In this document: piece after piece, positions 16,748 to 25,045 of the stretch
How the letters are laid out: every line of letters starts with the position of its first letter
Numbering within the stretch: position 1 is the stretch's first letter
Assembly: GCA_030618495.1 (NCBI GenBank)
Contig: JAUXDE010000003.1
Location: forward strand, 1-33,682
Length of the DNA: 33,682 nucleotides
Source: Clostridia bacterium
Lineage (GTDB): Bacteria > UBA6262 > WVXT01 > JAUXBS01
Reading direction: 5' to 3'
Made by a program: the position numbers and the translations under genes
The notes under the pieces: generated by a model
What the model saw: the letters and a program-made list of their open reading frames with translations, nothing else
What the model was told of the DNA's origin: nothing
Databases searched by the model: none

Positions 16748-18682
16748 ATGAAAAGGGTAATTAATATTATTATTGTGGTTTCTTTGCTGGCATTCATCCC
16801 GGCGATGGCGTTTTTGCAGGAGGAGCAGGAGGCGACGGATGTACAGAAAGAGCCGGGGGTTGTGGTTGAGCAATCCGAGGGGGAAGTGAAACTTGATGTT
16901 GATGAAAAAATCATCGAACAGGAGAAGAAGCGGTATGTAGACGATATACTGATTTCCGGGAACACGGTAATAGATGAGAGTATTATAAAAAAAATGATGA
17001 AAACAAGGAAGAATCATATTTTTGATGAAGAGGTTTTCCTGCAGGACATGAAAAAGGTACTCCTGAAGTACAGGGATGAAGGTTATATATTTGCCATTAT
17101 TACAAAATCAGTGGAACTCACCAGTGAAGACGAGGATTACGTATATATAGTTTTAAGGACCCGGATAGACGAGAAGGATAAATACCTTGTGGAAAGAATC
17201 GACGTTGAAGGGAACATGACTTATCCTTTAAACTTTATCAAGGGAATGCTGATTTCCAAAGAGAACAAAACTTTTGATGAGAATATAATAGGAAAGGATA
17301 TAAATACAATACTGACATCGTATCAAAGCGACGGTTTCCCGGACGCCAGGATATTTCCGGGAATATCCGTAGACAGGGATACACATACGATAAATATTAT
17401 GCTGTCAATTGATGAGGGGAAACGCGGACAGGTAGGTGTCATAGAGGTGTTGGGTAACGAGTTTACAAAAACAAGCACGATTATAAGAGAGATGAGGGTC
17501 AGGGAAGGCGAGTATATTACCATGGAGAAGCTGGATGAGATAAAAAGGCGTTTACTGAAACTGCAAGTTGTAAGATATGAGAGTATGGAGCTGTACGATA
17601 CCGACGTTGAGGGGCAGGTGAAGCTGGTCGTTAAGGTGAAGGAGCAGAAGGTAAGCAAAGCCGGCGGTATTATCGGTTATAACCCGCCTACGAATGAAGA
17701 TGAGGAAGGCATTTTAGTAGGCCAGGTTGATATTGACCTTGGGAACCTGTTCGGCACGGCGAGAAAACTTAAGTTTCACTGGGAAAGGAAGAGCGAGGAC
17801 AGGTTTATCACGGAGTTAAGTTTTACTGAGCCCTGGTTATTCGGTCAGCCGGTTGAAGCCGGTTTTCATGTGAGACAGGAAGAGGATATAATCAATAAGG
17901 GTAATAAGGAAAATGAATATGAATATACCAATAGCAGCTGGGACGTTTCTGTTCTTACTTCGTTTACCCAGTTATTCAGCGGAGTTTTTAAATTCGGGCA
18001 AACGACGATTTCTAATCTTCCAAATGATAAAGTAAAGGATTCATTCACTTTTGATTATACGTTTGGAGTTGAGCTGGAAACCCTGGATATCCCGTGGAAT
18101 CCCACGAGAGGATTCAAGGATGATTTATCGGTTACTTTTGAAACAATGGAGAGTTCACCCATATTTCACATAACGTATAAAATAGACGGGAACTTAAGGC
18201 ATTATTTTAATATCTCAAAGAACAAAGTGATTTCGCTCAGGGGTAACGGTAAAGCGGTATTTTCAAACTCAGAAGAACTGATACCGGTACATAAGCATTT
18301 TAAACTCGGGGGGGCAAAGAATTTAAGGGGCTTTTTTGAAGACCAGTTCAACGGGGAGATAATGTGTGTTTTCAACAATGAGTTCCGTTTAATACTGAGC
18401 GAGGAATCTTTTGTGTCGGTGTTTTTTGATGTAGGAGCTTGTTGGAACAGCACCAATGAAGAAACAAAAAATATAACAACGATAGAAGATATTTCTGGTT
18501 ATATCAGTACCGGAACGGGGGCAAAAGGGGGAGTGGGCGGAGGCATGGGGTACGGGATAGGAATAAGCATGAAAGTGCTGGTCGGACAGATTAATATCAG
18601 CGTTGCGATGGGCCTTCCGGACCTCCTGTCTGACTTCATGAATAAAGCCAAGATTCATGCCGCGTTTGAAACGAAGTTTTAG
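16748..18682 (+). CDS. Omp85 (BamA/TamA-family) outer-membrane protein, about 3 POTRA domains
   Basis: Three V..I.(I/V).GN...Y...G(Y/F) POTRA starts, NLFG...KL, FTEPWLFG, loop-6 LGG..NLRGF, F.DVG, C-terminal F. Confidence 0.9.
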   Translation: MKRVINIIIVVSLLAFIPAMAFLQEEQEATDVQKEPGVVVEQSEGEVKLDVDEKIIEQEKKRYVDDILISGNTVIDESIIKKMMKTRKNHIFDEEVFLQDMKKVLLKYRDEGYIFAIITKSVELTSEDEDYVYIVLRTRIDEKDKYLVERIDVEGNMTYPLNFIKGMLISKENKTFDENIIGKDINTILTSYQSDGFPDARIFPGISVDRDTHTINIMLSIDEGKRGQVGVIEVLGNEFTKTSTIIREMRVREGEYITMEKLDEIKRRLLKLQVVRYESMELYDTDVEGQVKLVVKVKEQKVSKAGGIIGYNPPTNEDEEGILVGQVDIDLGNLFGTARKLKFHWERKSEDRFITELSFTEPWLFGQPVEAGFHVRQEEDIINKGNKENEYEYTNSSWDVSVLTSFTQLFSGVFKFGQTTISNLPNDKVKDSFTFDYTFGVELETLDIPWNPTRGFKDDLSVTFETMESSPIFHITYKIDGNLRHYFNISKNKVISLRGNGKAVFSNSEELIPVHKHFKLGGAKNLRGFFEDQFNGEIMCVFNNEFRLILSEESFVSVFFDVGACWNSTNEETKNITTIEDISGYISTGTGAKGGVGGGMGYGIGISMKVLVGQINISVAMGLPDLLSDFMNKAKIHAAFETKF

Positions 18683-18690
18683 TGATAAAT

Positions 18691-19824
18691 ATGAAAATAG
18701 CTATTGACTGCCGCATGCTGGGCAACAAAAGGAAAAGCGGCATTGGAAATTATACGCGGAACCTGATAAGCAATTTAAGAAAAATAGACGGTTCAAATGA
18801 ATACTTTCTATTCTTTAACGAAATTGCCGGGCGCCGGGAGGGAAAATTCCACCATGTAAAAAGCGTTGTGAATTTTGAGAGTCACCCGTTATCGGAAATA
18901 TGGGCGAATACCTGCCTGCCTTATAAGCTGTTCAGAAAAGATGTGAACGTTTTTCATTCGCCGTTCTTAATTCTGCCCGCGTGGGGTACAAGGTGCCGGT
19001 TGGTAATAACGATATATGATATGGTGGTTTTTAAGTTTCCTTCACTTTTCCCTCGGAAATACAGTTATTTTGTTAAAGTGATGACTACAATGGCTCTCAG
19101 GAGGGCAGATAAAATAATAGCCATATCGGTTAGTACAAAGAATGACATTTTGGAAATATTCAATATCCCCGAGGAAAAGATTGAAGTGATTTATGGAGGA
19201 GCCGATGAGGTATTCCGTAAAATTGACGATAGGGATTTAATTGATTCTGTTCAAAGTAAGTATTCGTTGGACGGACCTTTCATACTTAACGTAGGCACGC
19301 TGGAACCAAGGAAGAATGTCGCGAGACTGATTAAGGCGTATGAAATCCTGCAAACCAGGCTGACTGAAAAGATTAAATTGGTCATTGCGGGAGGGAAAGG
19401 CTGGCTTTACGACGATATATTCAAGGCGCTAAGCGATTCCAAGGTAAAGGATGATATAATTATACTGGAGAAGGTGGAAGATTCAGAGCTTCCTCTGCTG
19501 TACAATGCCGCAAGTTTATTTGTTTATCCGGCATTGTACGAAGGATTCGGGCTGCCCGTGGTTGAAGCAATGGCGTGCGGGGTACCGGTTGTTACTTCAA
19601 ATGTTTCGTCAATGCCCGAAATAGCGGAAGGCGCAGCTGTTCTCGTTAATCCAAAGAACACCGTAGAGTTGGCTGATGCGATGTATGAGACGCTCATGAA
19701 CGGTTCTCTAAGGGATAAACTGGTAAAGAGGGGGATTGAAAGAGCGGGGCGCTTCAGGTGGGAAACAACGGCAAAACAGACGCTGGAAGTCTATGAAGCA
19801 GTTGAAAAGTCAGGTAAATCGTGA
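18691..19824 (+). CDS. glycosyltransferase family 4
   Basis: MKIAID, GIGNY, VGTLEPRKN, YEGFGLPVVEAMACG.PV (EX7E). Confidence 0.95.
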   Translation: MKIAIDCRMLGNKRKSGIGNYTRNLISNLRKIDGSNEYFLFFNEIAGRREGKFHHVKSVVNFESHPLSEIWANTCLPYKLFRKDVNVFHSPFLILPAWGTRCRLVITIYDMVVFKFPSLFPRKYSYFVKVMTTMALRRADKIIAISVSTKNDILEIFNIPEEKIEVIYGGADEVFRKIDDRDLIDSVQSKYSLDGPFILNVGTLEPRKNVARLIKAYEILQTRLTEKIKLVIAGGKGWLYDDIFKALSDSKVKDDIIILEKVEDSELPLLYNAASLFVYPALYEGFGLPVVEAMACGVPVVTSNVSSMPEIAEGAAVLVNPKNTVELADAMYETLMNGSLRDKLVKRGIERAGRFRWETTAKQTLEVYEAVEKSGKS

Positions 19825-20969
19825 TGAAAATTGCTCTTGATTTGAGATGGATAACGCGGGATACTGGCGGTATACGCCGGTATGTCCTTAGTCTTGTAAG
19901 GGCTCTTGCGGGGATTGATAAAAAAAACAGTTACCTGCTTGTTTTTGACAACCGAGAGTCGCTTAAAAGCATAATGGGCGGGTATGGACTTGAAAACAAA
20001 GCTGGATTCTCGGGGAAGGTGTTTGAACCGGGCCCGTTTTCTTTAAGGAGCCAGCTTTCACTGCCGGGTTTCCTGAAAAAAGAAGATGTGGATGTTTTTC
20101 ATTCACCTGATTTCATTGCCCCGGTTTTTATCGGGAAAATCAAGCTAATCATTACCATGCATGACCTGACGCCCTACCTGTACCCCGGGCTTTGTCCGCG
20201 CTCGAAAAAAGCCAGGCTTCTTGCCTTTTACAGGATGTTTAACAGGATAATCATTAGACGGTCATTCAGGGTTCTTACCGCATCTGTGAATTCAAAAAAT
20301 GACATCCAAAGAACTTTCAACGTTCCCTCAAACAAAGTAAGAGTTATTTACTACGGCGCAGGGGAAGAATATAGTGTAATAGAAGATAAGGAAAGAATAA
20401 ATAACATAAAAAACGAATACGGGCTTTCTGAAAAGAATGTTTTATACGTAGGGAGGCAGGACCCCACAAAAAACCTGGTTGGGTTGATTAAGGCTTTTCA
20501 TAAACTGAAGAGAGAAAAGGCATTTGGAGGTTCACTGGTAATTGCGGGCAGAAAGGATGAAAGGTATCCCGAACCCTACAAAATAGTGGAATCACTCGGA
20601 CTGAAGGATGCTGTGATATTTACGGGATACGTAGAGGAAGCCAAGCTTCCACTGCTTTATAATGCCTGCGACATGTTTGTATTCCCTTCGTTTTATGAGG
20701 GATTCGGCCTGCCCCCAATTGAGGCGATGGCATGCGGGATTCCCGTTATTTCTTCAGACACATCTTCTCTTCCGGAGGTCATGGGAGACGCGGGCATTAC
20801 GGTCGCCCCGGACGATATAGACGGTATTGTCCGGTCCATGGAAAGGGTGTTGAAGGATGAATCCCTGAGAAAAGAAATGATAAAGAAGGGGCTGGAAAGA
20901 GTGAAAAAGTTTTCATGGAAAGCCACCGCAGAAAAAACCCTGGAAGAATATGAAAAGGCAGGAGTTTAA
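19824..20969 (+). CDS. glycosyltransferase family 4
   Basis: MKIALD, T.HDL, VGR..P.KN, YEGFGLPPIEAMACG.PV; TGATG coupling to the preceding gene. Confidence 0.95.
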   Translation: MKIALDLRWITRDTGGIRRYVLSLVRALAGIDKKNSYLLVFDNRESLKSIMGGYGLENKAGFSGKVFEPGPFSLRSQLSLPGFLKKEDVDVFHSPDFIAPVFIGKIKLIITMHDLTPYLYPGLCPRSKKARLLAFYRMFNRIIIRRSFRVLTASVNSKNDIQRTFNVPSNKVRVIYYGAGEEYSVIEDKERINNIKNEYGLSEKNVLYVGRQDPTKNLVGLIKAFHKLKREKAFGGSLVIAGRKDERYPEPYKIVESLGLKDAVIFTGYVEEAKLPLLYNACDMFVFPSFYEGFGLPPIEAMACGIPVISSDTSSLPEVMGDAGITVAPDDIDGIVRSMERVLKDESLRKEMIKKGLERVKKFSWKATAEKTLEEYEKAGV

Positions 20970-20987
20970 TAATCTTATAATATATTA

Positions 20988-21016
20988 TTGATAATATAAT
21001 GATATTTTGATATATT
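20988..21016 (+). promoter_or_regulatory. possible sigma70 promoter for the sugar transferase
   Basis: TTGATA (20988-20993), 17 bp, TATATT (21011-21016). The spacer is very AT-rich, so a chance match is possible. Confidence 0.45.
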
Positions 21017-21052
21017 TATAGTTATAAGTAAGCTAATTTCTTAGGGACTAAA

Positions 21053-22420
21053 ATGAAGAACAAAAACACTTGGAATATATTTAGAGCTTTATTGTTAATT
21101 ACCGATGCCGTGTTGGTATTCTTATCCTTCATGCTGGCTTATAAGCTAAGGTTTTATTCTCAGGTTGTGCCGGTTTTGAAGGGAATCCCGTCTTTTACGG
21201 CTTACAGCAACGTTATTCCCCTGGCAGTGTCAATTTGGATTTTGATTTATATCCATTACGGGTTTTACGGGAAGAAACATAGCGTGGATGCTTATGTTGA
21301 GTTTTTTCAGGTAATAAGAGCCAATGTTTTTGCTTCCCTTATTATCATGGGGCTGAGTTTCATGTATCGTGATTTTTCATATTCAAGGCTGGTATTGATT
21401 TATACGGGAATAATAGCCACTTTGCTCGTATATTTATTTCATGAGATAATCAAGTGCCTGGAGTATTTTGTCAACAAATGGCTGGGGGTAAAATATAAAC
21501 TGTTAATTATAGGCAGCGGAGAATCTTTGAAGGCAATAAGGTCCATTCTGGAGAAGAAGCATAATACTGAATTATCCGTTCTGAAGGAACCAGGAGAAGA
21601 CATTGAGGCGTATCTGAGCGGCAAGGGGATTGATGAAATAATCGTAGCGAAGTCCCCGGTAAACCACAAAGAGGTTTTGGGGCTCGTGGATGCGTGCGAA
21701 GCGTTGAATGTTAAAATAAACGTATTGCCCGACATCCTTGAGTTGAGGCTGGGAAGCATTTCCATGGACGATTATTACGGAACCCCGGTCCTGCAGATAA
21801 ATCCGGTGTCTTTATCAAGGGGCAATTTCTTGCTGAAAAGAATTTCAGATATCATTATTTCAATATTGGCTATTTCCATTACCATTATTCCCCTATTGTT
21901 GATAGCGTTATTGTTAAAACTGGACACAAAAGGCCCGGTATTCCATAAACAGTTGCGTATGGGACACAGGGGAGATAAGTTCTCTTTTTTGAAGTTCAGA
22001 AGCATGGTTGCCAACGCTGATGACATGTTAAAAGATTTGATGCATCTGAGCGAGAGGGAAGGGCCTGTTTTCAAAATAAAAGATGATCCAAGGATAACAA
22101 AGATAGGGAAGTTCATACGCAGGTACAGCATAGATGAAATACCGCAATTTTATAACGTGCTTAAGGGGGATATGAGTATAGTAGGTCCTCGTCCCCAGGT
22201 GCTATGGGAGGCGTCCTATTATGATGATTGGGCGAAAAAAAGACTGAGAGTATTGCCCGGTATTACAGGGTACTGGCAGATAAGCGGACGAAGTGACTTG
22301 AGTTATGAAGATATGATTAAACTGGATATTTATTATATAGAAAATTGGAGTTTTAAGCTTGATTTCATAATAATGATGAAAACGTTTCCTGCAATGTTTT
22401 CCAAGTCTGGGGCATATTAA
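21053..22420 (+). CDS. polyprenyl-phosphate glycosylphosphotransferase (WcaJ/CpsE-like priming sugar transferase)
   Basis: Four N-terminal TM segments, then KR..D, KFRSM, DDPRIT..G..IR..SIDE.PQ..NVL.GDMS.VGPRP, PGITG.WQ. Confidence 0.95.
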   Translation: MKNKNTWNIFRALLLITDAVLVFLSFMLAYKLRFYSQVVPVLKGIPSFTAYSNVIPLAVSIWILIYIHYGFYGKKHSVDAYVEFFQVIRANVFASLIIMGLSFMYRDFSYSRLVLIYTGIIATLLVYLFHEIIKCLEYFVNKWLGVKYKLLIIGSGESLKAIRSILEKKHNTELSVLKEPGEDIEAYLSGKGIDEIIVAKSPVNHKEVLGLVDACEALNVKINVLPDILELRLGSISMDDYYGTPVLQINPVSLSRGNFLLKRISDIIISILAISITIIPLLLIALLLKLDTKGPVFHKQLRMGHRGDKFSFLKFRSMVANADDMLKDLMHLSEREGPVFKIKDDPRITKIGKFIRRYSIDEIPQFYNVLKGDMSIVGPRPQVLWEASYYDDWAKKRLRVLPGITGYWQISGRSDLSYEDMIKLDIYYIENWSFKLDFIIMMKTFPAMFSKSGAY

Positions 22421-22434
22421 CGTTCGGAGGAAAA

Positions 22435-22632
22435 ATGATTAAAGTGATAATCGGTTTTATACTATTATTGGTTGGGTTGAGTTATCTGTACAGGCCTGAT
22501 AGCATAATCAAAATAAATTCTTGGGTGAAGGCAAACGTTTTTAATGACCAGGTGATTATTAATCACAGGAGAAAAATAGGTGTGGTAATCATATTGATTG
22601 GCATCATATTTCTATGCATAGGGATTAATTGA
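22435..22632 (+). CDS. small 2-TM membrane protein of unknown function
   Basis: GGAGG RBS, two hydrophobic helices, fills the gap between its neighbours. Confidence 0.75.
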   Translation: MIKVIIGFILLLVGLSYLYRPDSIIKINSWVKANVFNDQVIINHRRKIGVVIILIGIIFLCIGIN

Positions 22633-22639
22633 GGCATCG

Positions 22640-23962
22640 ATGATTGAGCTGGGAAAAAAAGTATTGTCAAAGACGGGGGGAATACCTTCGGAATTATATA
22701 CCAGGCGTTCAAATGATTTCACGGTAGAGGTGTCCGGAGGTAAAATTGAAAATATCAATGTAAGCCGGTCAGCGGGCATGGGTTTGAGGATGTTTTCAGC
22801 AGGTAAGGTCGGATTCGCGTATGCAACGGATTTTGAAGGCGCAGCCTTAAGCAGGATGGTGCAGCAGGCGAAGGCAAATGCCGACAGCGCGAGTGAAGAC
22901 AGGTATAACAGAATGCCCGGGGCATTGATGCCGAAAAAAAACAGGTTGTACGATTTATGTGATGACAGGTTGGAGAGCATGTCGTCAGATGAAAAAATAG
23001 ACATAGCAAGGTCGATGGAGCAGAAAGCGTTAAAGTATGACAAGAGGATTAAGAAAGTTATAAGGTCCTCGTTTTCAACGAGTGATTATGAAGTGGGGAT
23101 TGTCAATTCAGAGGTGCCCGGGAAAACATACAAGGGAACGCTTTATTCAGCGGAACTTGACTTGGTTGCAGAAGACGCCGGGGAGATTCAATCAGGTTGG
23201 GACGTTGAGGATAAGAGGTTTTTTAGTGACCTGAATTATGAGGGAATAGTGGAAACGGCATGTTCCCGCGCGATTTCCATGTTGGGTTCCCGCAAGGTTG
23301 AGAGCCAGAGCGTACCTGTCGTATTTGACCCGATGGTAACTTGCCAGTTTCTTGAAGCGCTTTCCGGCAGTTTGTGCGCTGACAGGGTTCAGAAGGGAAA
23401 GTCGCTTTTTGCGGAAAAAACCGGCAGAAAAATCGCAAGTTCCTGCGTGAATCTCGTTGATGACGGCACGCTTGAGAGGGGTGTGGGGACTTCCGTTTTT
23501 GATGCCGAGGGGACAGGTACGCAAAAAACGGTTTTAATTGAGGACGGGGTGCTTCGGGGGTTCCTTTACAACGATTATACCGCGAACAAGGGCGGTGTTG
23601 AATCAACGGGTAATGCCGCCAGGACTTTCAGGGGGATTCCGGGAGTTGAGCCGGGGAACCTGATTCTTCAGGCGGGCAGTGTTGACAGGGAAAGCTTAAT
23701 TGATATTGACAGGGGAATATACGTGTTCGGCACCCTGGGTATGCATACTGTTGATACCATATCGGGTGATTTTTCAATAGGTATTAACGGAACGTGGATT
23801 AAGGACGGTAAATGTAGAGAACCGGTCGGCGGTGTTACAATAGCTGGGAATATAATTGAATTGTTGAATTCAATTGATTCCGTTGCAAGCGATATTAAGT
23901 TCTACGGCAGTGTGGGGGCTCCTTCCGTAAGAATAAAGTCCCTTATGTTAGGCGGAAAGTAG
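22640..23962 (+). CDS. pmbA: TldD/PmbA family protein, PmbA(TldE)-type
   Basis: G.GLR....G..GFA, DD.TL..G.G...FD.EG, STGNA.R, GDFS, T.AGN; no HExxxH metal motif. Confidence 0.88.
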   Translation: MIELGKKVLSKTGGIPSELYTRRSNDFTVEVSGGKIENINVSRSAGMGLRMFSAGKVGFAYATDFEGAALSRMVQQAKANADSASEDRYNRMPGALMPKKNRLYDLCDDRLESMSSDEKIDIARSMEQKALKYDKRIKKVIRSSFSTSDYEVGIVNSEVPGKTYKGTLYSAELDLVAEDAGEIQSGWDVEDKRFFSDLNYEGIVETACSRAISMLGSRKVESQSVPVVFDPMVTCQFLEALSGSLCADRVQKGKSLFAEKTGRKIASSCVNLVDDGTLERGVGTSVFDAEGTGTQKTVLIEDGVLRGFLYNDYTANKGGVESTGNAARTFRGIPGVEPGNLILQAGSVDRESLIDIDRGIYVFGTLGMHTVDTISGDFSIGINGTWIKDGKCREPVGGVTIAGNIIELLNSIDSVASDIKFYGSVGAPSVRIKSLMLGGK

Positions 23963-23968
23963 GACGGA

Positions 23969-24835
23969 ATGAATAGAATAGAAGGCACGACGAGAATTGT
24001 GGGACTTATGGGCTATCCCATAGGCCATACTTTAAGCCCCGCGATGCATAATGCCGCGTTCAGGCGGCTGGGATTGGACTTCACCTACATCCCGATGCCC
24101 GTAAAGCCCGGGGATATTGAAAGGGCGGTGCAGAGCATCAAGCCGTTGGATATTTTGGGTGTTAACGTAACAGCGCCGTATAAAGAGGAAGTTTTAAAAT
24201 ACGTGGATGGCCTAAGAGGCGACGCAAAACTTATAGGGGCAGTGAACACCATTCATAATTCAGGCGGAAAATTGATTGGATATAACACGGATGCCGAAGG
24301 TTTCATTATTTCATTGAAAAGCGAAGGAAGAATAAACCCGAGGGGCAAGAACGTCCTGCTGGTTGGCGCGGGCGGAGTAGGCAGGGCAATAGGGGTGAAG
24401 CTGGCAGGCGTCGGGGTTTCAACCATCCTGATTGCGGATATTGATTCAAAGAAGTCAAATGCGTTGAAAAACCATATAAGGAAATGTTTCGGGAAAGTGT
24501 CTTCCGGAACGGAAGCGCGCGTAGTAAGTACACAAGAAATAAAAAAAGTAATGAAGAATATCGATATATTGATAAATGCCACTACTGTGGGGATGCATAA
24601 AAAAGACCCCTGCCTGGTAAATCCGGAGTGGTTCCACGGGAAATTGTTTGTATATGACGTAGTCTACAATATTGAAACAAAGCTTCTTAAAGAAGCAAGG
24701 AAGAAAGGGTTAAAAGCTCTTGGCGGATTGGGGATGCTGGTCCACCAGGGAGCGCTGGCGTTTGCGATATGGACGGGTAAGAAACCCCCGGTGAAAGTTA
24801 TGAGAGAAGCAATAATAAGGAAAGTGAGTGGGTAA
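23969..24835 (+). CDS. aroE: shikimate dehydrogenase
   Basis: G.PI.HTLSP.MHN, NVT.PYK, GAVNT, NTD..G, GAGG, NAT..GM, D.VY, GLGMLV.Q. Confidence 0.96.
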   Translation: MNRIEGTTRIVGLMGYPIGHTLSPAMHNAAFRRLGLDFTYIPMPVKPGDIERAVQSIKPLDILGVNVTAPYKEEVLKYVDGLRGDAKLIGAVNTIHNSGGKLIGYNTDAEGFIISLKSEGRINPRGKNVLLVGAGGVGRAIGVKLAGVGVSTILIADIDSKKSNALKNHIRKCFGKVSSGTEARVVSTQEIKKVMKNIDILINATTVGMHKKDPCLVNPEWFHGKLFVYDVVYNIETKLLKEARKKGLKALGGLGMLVHQGALAFAIWTGKKPPVKVMREAIIRKVSG

Positions 24836-24838
24836 TAT

Positions 24839-24874
24839 ATTGGGAACAGAATACTTAAGTATTCTGTTCCCAAT
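24839..24874. repeat. perfect 36-bp spacerless palindrome
   Basis: attgggaacagaatactt|aagtattctgttcccaat is its own reverse complement. Confidence 0.95.
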
Positions 24875-24882
24875 GTCAGCGG

Positions 24883-24954
24883 GGGAAGAAGGCCCCGGTG
24901 GAAGTAATGAGAAAGGCGATAATAAAACAAAGAATTATGGGGACACGTACTTAA
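24883..24954 (+). pseudogene. orphan second copy of the aroE 3' end
   Basis: Reads GKKAPVEVMRKAIIKQRIMGTRT* versus the aroE end GKKPPVKVMREAIIRKVSG*; 34/42 nt identical over the first 14 codons. Confidence 0.85.
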
Positions 24955-25029
24955 TTATTTCAATGCTTACTTAATTATTTTATGAGCATGGTCTGAGAAA
25001 AAATAATTAAGTACGTGTCCCCATAATTC
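24932..25029. mobile_element. 98-bp REPIN/MITE-like element with perfect 29-bp terminal inverted repeats
   Basis: gaattatggggacacgtacttaattattt (24932-24960) and its exact reverse complement (25001-25029), with an internal extra tacttaattattt (24968-24980). Mobility is inferred. Confidence 0.65.
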
Positions 25030-25045
25030 AAAAAGGGAGGTAGCG

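Noticed and set aside
16748-18682. Assigning the symbol bamA or tamA
   Set aside because: It has only about 3 POTRA domains and no skp/lpxD or tamB neighbour; the subfamily cannot be determined by eye.
24839-25029. CRISPR array or intrinsic terminators
   Set aside because: The repeats are inverted rather than regularly spaced direct repeats, there are no cas genes, and no U-tract follows either stem.
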